A stretch of 64,000 nt of DNA from Candidatus Bathyarchaeia archaeon (lineage in GTDB: Archaea > Thermoproteota > Bathyarchaeia > Bathyarchaeales > Bathycorpusculaceae). Every line of letters starts with the position of its first letter. Within the stretch, counting starts at the first letter, position 1. The translations under genes and the position numbers were made by a program. The DNA lies in contig JBEKOM010000001.1 in assembly GCA_049521795.1 (NCBI GenBank), positions 640,001 to 704,000 of the forward strand, given 5' to 3'. The notes beneath the pieces are model-generated. The model worked only from the letters and a program-made list of their open reading frames with translations, had not been told where the DNA came from and searched no databases. This document shows positions 30,142 to 40,202 of the stretch, in pieces.

Positions 30142-30741
30142 ATGAAGTGCCACTACTGTCGCGGAGATGCAGTGTTCAAGTGCGGCTTGTGCGGGAAGTT
30201 TCTCTGCGAAGAGCATGCGCAACTCAGACCCGTCTGTCCCGAATGCGTAAAGAAAACCAAACTCGAATACGCCATTGGCAGAGTAACTTCTGATGAAGAA
30301 GGGAAAGAGATCGGAGGGCTTGTTAGAGGTTTTTGGGGAGAAGAAGAGCAGCTGACCTTTGACCGGAAATTCAAGGTTACAGAACTGCCTGCGTACGTTG
30401 CGAGATTCAAAGACAGCATAGTTGGCTTCATCTCTGCCGCAGAGGTAGACGATGCCATCATTATCGTGGCGTTAGGGGTCTTGCCCGAGTTTCAAAGCGC
30501 AGGCGTTGGCAAAGGACTTGTTAAAAAGGTCGAAGACGATGCTATCCGAAGAAAAAAGAAAAGATTGCTTGTTTCAACTTCGAACGATGATTTACCTGCA
30601 TTGGCCTTCTACCAGTCTGTTGGCTTCCAGATCTACGAAGTGAAGCCTAACGTTATAGCTGAAAAACACGGAAAAATCCTTATGGGCATAGGAAACCTGC
30701 CGATAAGAGACGAGTTGAGGCTTCAGAAACGACTAGGATGA
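30142..30741 (+). CDS. GNAT acetyltransferase with N-terminal zinc finger
   Basis: CHYC..CGLC..LCEEH..CPEC; V.PEFQSAGVGK, ALAFYQSVGF. Confidence 0.85.
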   Translation: MKCHYCRGDAVFKCGLCGKFLCEEHAQLRPVCPECVKKTKLEYAIGRVTSDEEGKEIGGLVRGFWGEEEQLTFDRKFKVTELPAYVARFKDSIVGFISAAEVDDAIIIVALGVLPEFQSAGVGKGLVKKVEDDAIRRKKKRLLVSTSNDDLPALAFYQSVGFQIYEVKPNVIAEKHGKILMGIGNLPIRDELRLQKRLG

Positions 30742-31251
30742 TCAGTTTTCCTGAGAGAAAGTCTCAACCAGGGTTTTCGTGATCTTCTTAGCAACGGCGT
30801 CAACTTCTGGCGAAAGCCCCTCTCCGAAATCGGTGTTTTCAGGTTCTATGAGTAGTAGCGCGATCGTCGCTTTGGTTGTCTTGGAAAGGTACTCGCAGAA
30901 TACGCGTAGCGGAAGCATATGGGTTGAGAACGCAGGCGTGGCCATCAGGTTTTCGGGTTCACGAAGCTCAGAGTCGCCGGGTTTTAATCCTAGAACTGCT
31001 GCGTCTATGAGGAGAATGTGTGTCGGGTTGAAGTCGATTATTTGCTCGATGTAGCTTTCCGGAACCGTTTCGCATTCGACTAGAAAGACTCTTTTTGAGA
31101 CTCTTCCCTTTAGGTTCTGGACGATTTTGACCCCGACGAAGTCGTCTCCGCGTATTGGATTTCCGATTCCTGCTAGAACAAGCCTTTCAGCTCTTCCTAA
31201 CCACTTGCTCAACTCTTCTCGGACATTGTGTTTCCCAGTTTTGTTTGGCAT
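30742..31251 (-). CDS. Hydrogenase maturation protease (HycI-like)
   Basis: GIGNPIRGDD, ETVPE, IDAA, STH.LPL. Confidence 0.92.
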   Translation of the reverse strand: MPNKTGKHNVREELSKWLGRAERLVLAGIGNPIRGDDFVGVKIVQNLKGRVSKRVFLVECETVPESYIEQIIDFNPTHILLIDAAVLGLKPGDSELREPENLMATPAFSTHMLPLRVFCEYLSKTTKATIALLLIEPENTDFGEGLSPEVDAVAKKITKTLVETFSQEN

Positions 31252-31297
31252 TAGAAATCGCCGCGGAACTAGAAAATGAAGGAATGAGAAAAGGGGT

Positions 31298-32752
31298 TTA
31301 CCTTTTCACGATTTTGATTAGTTTCTTCTCGTGGTCGTAGATCTGAACCGTCAGCGGCATCTGTCCAACTGCGAAGTGTGTTGCGCATCCGAAGCAGGGG
31401 TCGTAGGCTCTGAAAGCCATTTCTACCATGTTTAGTAGGCCTTGGTTCACTTCGCCACCGTGAATCAGGCCTTTGGCTGCGTCACGGATCGACATGCAGA
31501 TTGCTGGATAATTGTTGGTCGTGGCAACGATCAAGTTGACGTCCTTGACCAATGCATCCTTATCCAACACGTAGTGGTGGTAGAGCGTACCTCTTGCTGC
31601 TTCGACGACGCCTACGCCCTCACTGGGTTCACCTGGTTTGGCGCGTATGTCCGTTCCCGTAATCTCTGGGTCTTTCACCAGCTCTAAAGCTCGTTCAGTC
31701 GCGTAAAGCAACTCAATCAGCCGTGCCCAGTGAAAAGCCAGGGTGCCGTGCACGGGCTTGCCGCCCAGCGTCTTGTACATTTCGTCGTGCTCGGCTTGAG
31801 CCAGCGGTGTGGCCATGCCGCTCGAAGCGTTCAGTCTTGCAAGCGGGCCAACTCGGTAAACTCCGCTGTCAGGTCCGTAAACTAGACCCTTCCATCCCAC
31901 CTTCTTCAAGTATGGAAACTTCGCGTAAGTCCACTCTTCCACGTGTTCGGCGACGTGAGTAAGATAGTCTTTAGGTTCAAACTTGAGAAATTCTTTCCCA
32001 TCGGGATCGACTACCCTGATTTTTCCATCGTAGAAGTTCACTTTGTTGTTCTCGTCCACCAAGCCCATGTAGTATGTCTTCATAGTGTAGGCGTCGCTTT
32101 TGATCATGTCAACATATTTGCTGTTGCCCAGGACGATGTCGTGGAATATCTTAAGCGTCAGTTTCGCGAATTCCAGCGATGACGCGGCCATCTTTTCGAT
32201 TTCCTGCCTGTTCTCTTCGGTGAGGGCCTTGGAGATTCCGCCGGGCAGTCCGCACACGGGATGCGTCGCTTTTCCTCCGAGAATCTCTGTTATCTTTTGA
32301 CCGTAGGCTCTGTGTTTGATGACTTCTTTGGCCACGTCCATGCCTGCTTTTTCAATGACGCCAAGGATGTTTCTTTTCTCAGGCGGAGCGTCGGGGCCTA
32401 CTATGAAGTCTGGGCCACCTAGGTAGTAGAAGTGGAGTGTATGGTCATAGATGATGTATCCAGCGTACATGAGTTCCCTGAGCTTCTTGGCTGTGGACGG
32501 CGGTTCAACGTTGAAAGCAGCGTCCAAGGCTTTAACTGACGCGAAGTGATGCGCGACGGGGCAGACTCCGCAGATTCTGGTGGTCAAAATCGGCATGAGT
32601 TCAGCTCTTCTTCCGATGCAGAACTTCTCGAAACCTCTCAGTTCGGGAATTTTCAGGTAAGCGTTTTCCACTTCTCCTGTATCGTTGAGAAATATCGAAA
32701 CGTTTCCGTGGCCCTCGAGTCTCGTGATAGGGTCTATGACTATTTCCTTCAT
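31298..32752 (-). CDS. mvhA: F420-non-reducing [NiFe] hydrogenase large subunit (group 3c)
   Basis: TRLEGH, RICGVC L1, RAYDPCFGCATH L2 plus cleavable tail. Confidence 0.93.
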   Translation of the reverse strand: MKEIVIDPITRLEGHGNVSIFLNDTGEVENAYLKIPELRGFEKFCIGRRAELMPILTTRICGVCPVAHHFASVKALDAAFNVEPPSTAKKLRELMYAGYIIYDHTLHFYYLGGPDFIVGPDAPPEKRNILGVIEKAGMDVAKEVIKHRAYGQKITEILGGKATHPVCGLPGGISKALTEENRQEIEKMAASSLEFAKLTLKIFHDIVLGNSKYVDMIKSDAYTMKTYYMGLVDENNKVNFYDGKIRVVDPDGKEFLKFEPKDYLTHVAEHVEEWTYAKFPYLKKVGWKGLVYGPDSGVYRVGPLARLNASSGMATPLAQAEHDEMYKTLGGKPVHGTLAFHWARLIELLYATERALELVKDPEITGTDIRAKPGEPSEGVGVVEAARGTLYHHYVLDKDALVKDVNLIVATTNNYPAICMSIRDAAKGLIHGGEVNQGLLNMVEMAFRAYDPCFGCATHFAVGQMPLTVQIYDHEKKLIKIVKR

Positions 32753-33735
32753 TTTTTCATCACTTTCCTTCTGAGAATCGATGATGGTAACGAGTACATG
32801 TAGAAAGTTCCCACAGGGTCTTTAACCTGGCTCATAAGCTTCTCAACTTCCTCTTCCGTGGCGTAGTGTTCCTGTTCGCCTTCCAGACCCATTATGGAGG
32901 CCAGTGCACCTAGCATGGCTGATCCCTGCTCTGGCGCGTTGGGACACGGTCCGCCGCATCCTGTGCACGGCATGTCAACCGTCAGACATTGTGCTCCGCA
33001 TCCGCTGCGGGTCGCTGGGCCCATGCATATGATCCCTTGCTCAAGCAAGCATCGTTCGGGCTCTGGAGCTTTTTCATGGACTCGGTATATCTTGGATATC
33101 TTCTTGTTTTCTTTCTTTCGCGGACACTCGTCGCACACAGACTTTAGAGGGGCAAGCACGGAGCCTTTTGGCGGTAACTCATTTTTGGCTATGGCTTCCA
33201 CAGCGTTTACTATGAGTTTGACTGGAGGCGGGCATCCGGGCAAGTAATAGTCGACGTCTACGGTTTGATCCAGAGTTTTGACTGTGTCATAAAATTCTGG
33301 AAGCTTCAGCACGCCTTCTTTCACTTCGGACTTTGTTTTGGGGACTGCTCCTTTGGGGTTTGAGATCGATTTGCTTTCTAGATACACTTTGCTGAAAATC
33401 TCTTTTCGATCGTGAAGGTTGGCAAGGCCAGGCACGCATCCTTCTTGGGCGCATGAGCCGAAGGCCACGAGCGTCTTGGATTTTTGTCTCAGGAGCTTCG
33501 CCATGTGTTCTTGTTCTGCGCTCCTCACTGAACCGTTGAAGAAGCAGACGTCGATGTACTTGTCAGGCATGGCTTCGACATCTTTGTATTTGATGTCCAT
33601 AGCTACTGGCCAGAAGACTATGTCTGCAATGTTCACTACGTCCAGAATCTTCTCGTTCATGTCCAAGACTGCGATTTCGCATCCGCCGCAGCTCGCAGCC
33701 CAGTAGAGACCTATTTTCAGTTTTTCTTTAGGCAT
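32749..33735 (-). CDS. mvhG: [NiFe] hydrogenase small subunit
   Basis: SCGGC, GSCA, PGCPP, CDEC, CMGPAT, PCTGC. Confidence 0.92.
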   Translation of the reverse strand: MPKEKLKIGLYWAASCGGCEIAVLDMNEKILDVVNIADIVFWPVAMDIKYKDVEAMPDKYIDVCFFNGSVRSAEQEHMAKLLRQKSKTLVAFGSCAQEGCVPGLANLHDRKEIFSKVYLESKSISNPKGAVPKTKSEVKEGVLKLPEFYDTVKTLDQTVDVDYYLPGCPPPVKLIVNAVEAIAKNELPPKGSVLAPLKSVCDECPRKKENKKISKIYRVHEKAPEPERCLLEQGIICMGPATRSGCGAQCLTVDMPCTGCGGPCPNAPEQGSAMLGALASIMGLEGEQEHYATEEEVEKLMSQVKDPVGTFYMYSLPSSILRRKVMKK

Positions 33736-34624
33736 ATGCTTTTACCTCACAGACTTTTCCTAATATTTTTGAGCAGTCAACTCGAAGCTCGTTAAATCCG
33801 AGTTCCTCAGGTGGCAATCCCATCGCTAAACCGAGCAACTGTGGATAGTGCAGCACAGGGATGCCGTAGACCTCGTTAAACATTTTCTCGATGCGAAGCT
33901 CGTTTGTGTCGTACATTATGTGGCAGAACGGGCAGATTGTTATCAGGGCTTGAGCTTCAACCTTCTTGATGTGATTGAGTTTGTCTCTGGCAAGTTGCAA
34001 CGCTATCTTGTCGTTGACGCCCACGCTTGGGGCGCCGCAGCATTCAGTTTCGTCCAAATAGTCTAGGCACGTCGCGCCTGTTGCTTCAATAAGGGTTTTG
34101 AGGGTCTGCGGGTCCTCAGGGTCATCGAAACCGATGTACTCCTTGGGTCTCAAGATGTGGCAACCGTTGTGTTCGGCAACTTTGATCATCGTGAGCGGTT
34201 TAGCAACGGCCTTTTTTATTTTGTCCAAGCCGACATCTTCGGTCAGCACCTGCATTATGTGCTTCGCGTTTGCGGTTCCCTTAAACTCCAATCCAGCTTC
34301 TTTCAGGTGCTTGTTGATCTCTTCGCGGAGAGCCTTGTCTTCCTTCAGCATCTTGCTGACTTTCTTTAGCGTTCCTGCGCAGCCAGGGCACAGGGCTATT
34401 ATGTTCAGACCTTTCTGCTCGGCCATGGCTAGGTTTCTTGCTGCCAGTACGAGCATCGTCTCGTGGCTTACAGGGTCTAGCGGTAAGCCGCAACAGTTGA
34501 ACTCGGGCATTTCAACAATCTCTACCCCTAGTTTTTGAAGGACTTTGCGAGCTGAGATTTCGTAAGCTGAAACACGGTATGGAATTGCGCACCCGAGAAA
34601 CATGAGGTATTTGAGCTCGGCCAT
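33728..34624 (-). CDS. hdrB: Heterodisulfide reductase subunit B
   Basis: Two CCG domains: FLGC..NCCG..CPGC / GCH..ECCG..CPFC. Confidence 0.93.
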   Translation of the reverse strand: MAELKYLMFLGCAIPYRVSAYEISARKVLQKLGVEIVEMPEFNCCGLPLDPVSHETMLVLAARNLAMAEQKGLNIIALCPGCAGTLKKVSKMLKEDKALREEINKHLKEAGLEFKGTANAKHIMQVLTEDVGLDKIKKAVAKPLTMIKVAEHNGCHILRPKEYIGFDDPEDPQTLKTLIEATGATCLDYLDETECCGAPSVGVNDKIALQLARDKLNHIKKVEAQALITICPFCHIMYDTNELRIEKMFNEVYGIPVLHYPQLLGLAMGLPPEELGFNELRVDCSKILGKVCEVKAYA

Positions 34625-34625
34625 T

Positions 34626-35156
34626 CTAGTCACTTTTCTTCTCAACGCATTTCATGAGGTTCACGTCGTGGAGCGTTTTGCGTATGCTCTCGGGGTTGCC
34701 TTTCGGCAGTGGAGGCAGTCCCAGTGTTTGTCGCTTCTTCAGTCTCAGTTCTGGAATCCTATAAGCGTAGCCTGATTCAAGTATGCTTGCGGCTTCTTCT
34801 TTGAACACTTGTGGCATGATGCCTTGTTCAGCCGCTATGTTTCTTAGCACGCGTATGACGCTCGCGACTTCAACGTCCTGTGGGCATCTGTCTGTGCACG
34901 TGAAGCATGCGGCGCACAGCCATATCGTATCGCTCTTCAGGACTCGGTCTTTGAGTCCTAGGTGTGCCATTCGGATGATCTGTCTTGGACGGTAAGTTTC
35001 GCTGAACCTTGCAACTGGGCAGTCTGACGTGCATGTTCCACACTGGTAGCAGCGCATCAGTTTTTCCCCGCCGGGCATCTTTGCAATTTCATACTTGAAT
35101 TTGGGGTCAATTTCGGAGGCTTGAATTGGTTTCTGCTTGTTTTCTTGTTCCGTCAT
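34626..35156 (-). CDS. hdrC: Heterodisulfide reductase subunit C
   Basis: CYQCGTCTSDCP and WLCAACFTCTDRCP. Confidence 0.93.
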   Translation of the reverse strand: MTEQENKQKPIQASEIDPKFKYEIAKMPGGEKLMRCYQCGTCTSDCPVARFSETYRPRQIIRMAHLGLKDRVLKSDTIWLCAACFTCTDRCPQDVEVASVIRVLRNIAAEQGIMPQVFKEEAASILESGYAYRIPELRLKKRQTLGLPPLPKGNPESIRKTLHDVNLMKCVEKKSD

Positions 35157-35593
35157 CTCGCTTCAGTCTCCGTGTTTTTCACGCGGTTCGGCCCGATCTT
35201 CTTCAGGTTTGCCACCATGTCGCGTACGACCGTGGCAAACTTGTCTCCTTCACTCGCTGAGATCCATTCGAGCCTCACGCGTTCCGGCTCGATTCCGAGT
35301 TCTTTCAAAGTGGTCTTTAGCAGAGTTATTCTTCTCAAAGCCTTGAAGTTTCCACTTATGTAGTGGCAGTCGGACGGTAGGTGGCAGCCGGCGACGAGCA
35401 CTCCGTCTGCGCCATCCTTGAAGGCTTCAAAAATGAAAGTTGGGTCGATTCTGCCGCTGCACATGACGCGTATGATCCTGATGTTTGTTGGATACTGAAT
35501 TCTGCTTACTCCTGCAAGATCCGCGCCTGCATAACTGCACCAGTTGCACAGGAACCCGATTATCTTCGGTTCAAACCCATCGTTGTCGCTCAT
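35153..35593 (-). CDS. mvhD: Hydrogenase/Hdr [2Fe-2S] linker subunit
   Basis: CNWCSYAGAD, MCSGR, GCHLPSDCHY, WISASEG; ATG 35593 overlaps the hdrA stop. Confidence 0.93.
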   Translation of the reverse strand: MSDNDGFEPKIIGFLCNWCSYAGADLAGVSRIQYPTNIRIIRVMCSGRIDPTFIFEAFKDGADGVLVAGCHLPSDCHYISGNFKALRRITLLKTTLKELGIEPERVRLEWISASEGDKFATVVRDMVANLKKIGPNRVKNTETEAR

Positions 35594-38500
35594 CGGCACA
35601 CCTCCACCAGGGCAGCTTTGACCTGGGCAAGTATCTCTTCCGTAGTGAAGTGCCCTAATAAAATTGCTTTGGTCGGGCATGCTGTTCCGCATGCGCCACA
35701 GCCCTTGCACATGGCTTCGATCACATGCGCGACGGGTTTTCCATTCTTGTCCTTGATCTCAACGGCGCCGTATGGGCATAGGTTTTCACAAACTTTGCAT
35801 CCGCTGCACAGGTCTTCGTTGACCTTTGCGATGATTCCTTCTGTCTCAAGCGTTTTCTTGGACAGTATGGTCGTTGCCCTTGCAGCGGCCGCGCATGCTT
35901 GGGCAATGCTTTCGTCAATGTACTTCGGTGAGTGGGCCATTCCGCAGAGGAAGACGCCTTCTGTGGCAAAGTCAACAGGTCTGAGTTTCATGTGGGCTTC
36001 CAAGAAGAACCCGTCCTTTGTGAGAGGTACTTTCAGCATTTCGGCTACGTGCTTATTGTCAATGTTTGGGATAGTCGCTGCGCTCAAGACCACCATGTCA
36101 GGTTCGACTGTCACTTCTTCTCTGAGCACAGGCTCCCAGAAGGTCACCTTGAGCTTGCCGTTCTCATTTATCACTCTTGGTTTCCGTTCGTCTTCATAAT
36201 TGACGAACAAGACGCCTTTCGTTGAGGCTTCACGATAGTAGTCTTCCTTGAACCCGTACGCGCGGACGTCTTTGTACAGGACTAGGACCTCTGTGTCAGG
36301 ACATGCTTCCTTGATTTTCAAGGCGTTCTTTATTGCCTGCCCGCAGCATATTCTTGCGCAGTTTGGTCGTTCCTTGGTTCTGGCTCCGACACATTGAATC
36401 ATGACAACGTTATTGGCCTTGAATGTGCCGTCTGCCAGCCTTTCCTCCAGCTCATGTTGTGTAAGGATTCTCGGGTCTTGACCGTAAAGGTACTCTGTTG
36501 GCAGGTACTCGGTTGCACCTGTGGCTATTATAACGATGCCAACGTCGACTTCTTTCTCTTTGCCTTTGTGCGGCTTGATTTTTGCCTTATAGTTGCCAAC
36601 GAATCCTGTGATGTCAGTTACTTCTGCGTCGGCGTAAACGTGTATCTTCTCGTTCTGTCTTACCGCTTTGACCAAGCTGTTCAGCTTTTCATTCGGCTTT
36701 TCATCCGGTTCAAGCAGGTAGTGAATTGTACGTAGATGTCCACCTAACTCTTTTTCCCGTTCAACAAGATGAACATCGAAGCCTTGGTTGGCGAGTTCAG
36801 AGGCCGCAGTCATGCCTGCAACTCCACCGCCTATTACCAGGCCGACTTGTGTAACGTTTATCTGCGGCTTCTCCAGCGGCTTCAGAAGGGCTGCCTTCGC
36901 AACTATCGACCGGACCAAATCCTTGGCTTTTTGAGTTGCCTTCTCGGGCTCGTGCATGTGCACCCAGCTGCACTGGTCCCGAATGTTGGTCATCTCGAAG
37001 AGGTATGGGTTCAGCCCGGCCTCTTGGACTGTTTCTTTGAACAGGGGTTCGTGCGTGCGTGGAGTACACGAGGCGACGACAACTCGGTTTAGCTTGTGCT
37101 CCTGAATTTTCTCCCTCATCAGCTTCTGCGTATCTTGGGAGCAAGTGTAGACGTTTGCTTCTGCGTAAACCACGTTGGGCAAGGTCTTGGCATAGTCCAC
37201 GACTCTGGGGACGTTCACGACGCCGCCGATGTTTATGCCGCAGTGGCAAATGAAAACTCCTATCCGTGGTTGTTCTTTGCTCACGTCTCTTTCAGGCGGA
37301 TATTCTTTTGCAGTTATCAACTTTCCTCTTTCGGTTGCGATTATGCCCATGGCCTTTGATGCTGCACCGCTTGATTGGGCAACGCTTTCAGGGATGTCCT
37401 TCGGCGCTGAAAAGGCTCCGCAGACAAACACGCCTGGCCTCGACGTTTCCATAGGCTCGAAGGTCGTTGTCTCGCAGAAGCCGTACTTGTTAAGCTTTAT
37501 TCCCAGGATTTCAGCGAGTTTTTGAGCACTCTTAGGAGGCCGCATTCCAACTGAAAGGACAACCATGTCAAACTCTTCTCTCTTGGGGTCCTCGTTCTCA
37601 ACGTAGTGCAGAACCAGGTTTCCAGTCAACGGGTCCTCTGAGATGCTTGCCACCCTTGACCTGACAAAGTTTACGCCCCATTCCCCTTGGGCTCGGTTGT
37701 AGTAAGCGTCAAACTCCTTTCCGTAGCAACGCATGTCCATGTAGAAGATTGTACAATCCAGCGGGAAGGCGCTGTGCTCTTTGGCGATGACGGCTTCTTT
37801 GATGCCGTACATGCAGCATGCAGCAGAACAGTAGTTGTTTCCAAGCTGAGCGTCACGAGAGCCAACACACTGCACAAAAGCAATCTTTCGGGGTATCATC
37901 CCATCGAGTGGGCGCACGATTTTTCCGCCGAACGGGCCGGAAGCGCTCAGGATGCGCTCAAATTCTATGCTCGAAACAACGTTCAAGAAACGGCCGTAAC
38001 CATACTCTTTTTTCAGTCGGGGGTCAAATTCTTCAAACCCAGGCGCCAGTATTATGGATCCAACGTTAATTTTGAGAGTTTCAGGCTTCTGGTCAAAGTC
38101 CACGGCCTTAGCAGGACACACTCTTTCGCAGAGACGACATTTGATGCAGTGATCTTGGTCGATGCAGTATTTCAGCGGCACTGCTTGGGGAAAAGGAACG
38201 TAAATGGCTTTTCTTATGCCCATGTCAACGTCAAACTCATTCGGCACCTCAGTTGGGCAGTTCTGTGCACAAACGCCGCAGCCCGTGCACTTTTCAACGT
38301 TCACAAATTGCGGATGCTTCAGTATTGTGATTTCGAAATTCCCAGCTTTACCCTTGACCTCTTGCAATTCAGAATAAGTCAAGAGTTGAATGTTCGGATG
38401 TCTGCCTGCGGTAACGAGTTTCGGCGCCAGAATGCACATGGAACAATCGTTAGTTGGAAACGTTTTGTCCAGCTGCGCCATCGTTCCGCCGATGCTTGTT

Positions 38501-38610
38501 GACTCGTCAAGAAGGTAGACCTTAAAACCAGAATCCGCCAGATCCAAGGATGCTTGAATACCGGCGACTCCGCCGCCGACGACTAGAACGGCGCCGACTT
38601 TCCCGTTCAT
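35590..38610 (-). CDS. hdrA: Large (1006 aa) heterodisulfide reductase subunit A with two FAD modules
   Basis: GGGVAG twice, LDKTFPTNDCSMC, CVGSR..YCS..CC, GVFICHCG, ferredoxin motifs. Confidence 0.92.
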   Translation of the reverse strand: MNGKVGAVLVVGGGVAGIQASLDLADSGFKVYLLDESTSIGGTMAQLDKTFPTNDCSMCILAPKLVTAGRHPNIQLLTYSELQEVKGKAGNFEITILKHPQFVNVEKCTGCGVCAQNCPTEVPNEFDVDMGIRKAIYVPFPQAVPLKYCIDQDHCIKCRLCERVCPAKAVDFDQKPETLKINVGSIILAPGFEEFDPRLKKEYGYGRFLNVVSSIEFERILSASGPFGGKIVRPLDGMIPRKIAFVQCVGSRDAQLGNNYCSAACCMYGIKEAVIAKEHSAFPLDCTIFYMDMRCYGKEFDAYYNRAQGEWGVNFVRSRVASISEDPLTGNLVLHYVENEDPKREEFDMVVLSVGMRPPKSAQKLAEILGIKLNKYGFCETTTFEPMETSRPGVFVCGAFSAPKDIPESVAQSSGAASKAMGIIATERGKLITAKEYPPERDVSKEQPRIGVFICHCGINIGGVVNVPRVVDYAKTLPNVVYAEANVYTCSQDTQKLMREKIQEHKLNRVVVASCTPRTHEPLFKETVQEAGLNPYLFEMTNIRDQCSWVHMHEPEKATQKAKDLVRSIVAKAALLKPLEKPQINVTQVGLVIGGGVAGMTAASELANQGFDVHLVEREKELGGHLRTIHYLLEPDEKPNEKLNSLVKAVRQNEKIHVYADAEVTDITGFVGNYKAKIKPHKGKEKEVDVGIVIIATGATEYLPTEYLYGQDPRILTQHELEERLADGTFKANNVVMIQCVGARTKERPNCARICCGQAIKNALKIKEACPDTEVLVLYKDVRAYGFKEDYYREASTKGVLFVNYEDERKPRVINENGKLKVTFWEPVLREEVTVEPDMVVLSAATIPNIDNKHVAEMLKVPLTKDGFFLEAHMKLRPVDFATEGVFLCGMAHSPKYIDESIAQACAAAARATTILSKKTLETEGIIAKVNEDLCSGCKVCENLCPYGAVEIKDKNGKPVAHVIEAMCKGCGACGTACPTKAILLGHFTTEEILAQVKAALVEVCR

Positions 38611-38819
38611 TATTTTTCATCCTTGAATGGATTCAAAAGCTTTCCATATGTAAACCCCCTTATTAATTTGATGTCATTTCTCACGTGAAATCTACATTGT
38701 TCTAACAGCTTCCGGCACGGTCAAAAACATGCGTGTAACATCTCTTTTCTTGATTCATATGGACGTTTAAGTCCAAAGCTATACTCTTATTAGCATGCGG
38801 TCCAAAGTAGAACGTAACG

Positions 38820-39320
38820 GTGATTTCATTGAGTCACTTGGACTCCAACTTCATGCATGAAGTTGCCAACACGCCTAGGGGACGAGGGGTCCTTGCGTGT
38901 ATACAGTGCGGAAGATGTACAAGCAGTTGTCCAGTTTCCAAGGTTGTACCAGAACATAACCCTCGGAAGCTGATGGAAATGATCATACTGGGCCTGCGTT
39001 CTGACGTGCTCGACGGACAATTGCCATGGTACTGTCTATCATGTTTCACCTGCCTTGACAGGTGTCCACAAGGCGGAGACGTGGGAGAGGCAATGTTTGC
39101 AATAAGAAACTTGACTGCAAAACAGGGAAACATTCCTGAGGGCATACTTGTCCAAGCTCAAAGTCTTTATGACAATGGACGCGTCGTGACTGCAGGCAGG
39201 ATGGCCGTGATCCAAAGGGAGAAGTATGGGCTGTGCAAAGAACCGGCGGTTGATGTTAAAGCCGTGCAGAAGATTCTCAAAAAGACCCATTTCGACAAGC
39301 TGCTGAAGAAGGGTTCGTGA
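38820..39320 (+). CDS. hdrC: Heterodisulfide reductase subunit C (second copy)
   Basis: CIQCGRCTSSCP, WYCLSCFTCLDRCP. Confidence 0.9.
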   Translation: MISLSHLDSNFMHEVANTPRGRGVLACIQCGRCTSSCPVSKVVPEHNPRKLMEMIILGLRSDVLDGQLPWYCLSCFTCLDRCPQGGDVGEAMFAIRNLTAKQGNIPEGILVQAQSLYDNGRVVTAGRMAVIQREKYGLCKEPAVDVKAVQKILKKTHFDKLLKKGS

Positions 39321-40201
39321 TACCTGTGAAATATGCCTTCTTCTTGGGCTGTCTGATACCTGCTAGGCAACCGCACTACGAGAATTCAGTGCGAAAGATT
39401 CTTCCTCAACTCGGCGTGGAGCTTGTCGACATGGATGGCGCAAACTGCTGTGCTCCGTTCAGCATTCAATCTTTGGACTACACTAGTTGGCTTGCGTTGG
39501 CCGCCAGAAACCTCTGCATAGCTGAGCAGATGGGACTTAACATCATGACTCTGTGCAACGACTGCTACGAATCTCTTCTGGCGGTGAACACGCTTTTGAA
39601 AGAGAACAAGGAGCTGCGAAACAGCGTAAACAAGATCCTTTCTGATGTGGGAATGGAGTTCAAAGGAAAGACAGATGTCAAGATCTTCAGTGACGTCTTG
39701 TACGAAGACGTGGGATTAGAAAAGGTGAAGGACGCGGTCAAGAAACCATTCGAAGGACTTCGAGTGGCAGTGCAGCCAGGATGCCACCTGACGAAGCCCA
39801 AACGGATACATTTTGAACAGCAGATAGGTCAACTGGCCTTGGAAAAGCTCGTGGAGGCGACAGGTGCAATATCTGTCCCGTACGAGAGAAAAGAGGCTTG
39901 TTGCGGCGGCCCACTTCGAGGCATCAACGATGAAGTTGCGTTGCAGGTAGCGAAGCAAAAACTGGATTGTATGAGGGCTGCGGGGGTTGATTGCATAACA
40001 ACTGTGTGTCCATTCTGCTATCTGGAACTCGACATGGGGCAGATCGAGATTAAAAGGCACCTAAACGAAGACTACAACTTCCCAGTGCTGCATTTTGCCG
40101 AGTTACTCAGGATAGCGATGGGCATCAAACTGGAAGATTGGGAAGTAAAAGCCCACAGGATTCCGATCACGAAAATATTGGATATGGCGGAGGCGAAATG
40201 A
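39317..40201 (+). CDS. hdrB: Heterodisulfide reductase subunit B (second copy)
   Basis: FLGC..NCC..CNDC / GCH..ACCGG..CPFC. Confidence 0.9.
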   Translation: MIPVKYAFFLGCLIPARQPHYENSVRKILPQLGVELVDMDGANCCAPFSIQSLDYTSWLALAARNLCIAEQMGLNIMTLCNDCYESLLAVNTLLKENKELRNSVNKILSDVGMEFKGKTDVKIFSDVLYEDVGLEKVKDAVKKPFEGLRVAVQPGCHLTKPKRIHFEQQIGQLALEKLVEATGAISVPYERKEACCGGPLRGINDEVALQVAKQKLDCMRAAGVDCITTVCPFCYLELDMGQIEIKRHLNEDYNFPVLHFAELLRIAMGIKLEDWEVKAHRIPITKILDMAEAK

Positions 40202-40202
40202 T

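Noticed and set aside
35381-38502. Long antisense ORFs (e.g. 35381-36199, 37687-38502, also 8274-8927 and 54863-55483)
   Set aside because: Shadows of well-supported genes on the opposite strand, with no recognisable motifs
38611-38819. Operator palindromes in the hdr divergent promoter (TCACGTGA, CATATG)
   Set aside because: Too short to call without comparative data
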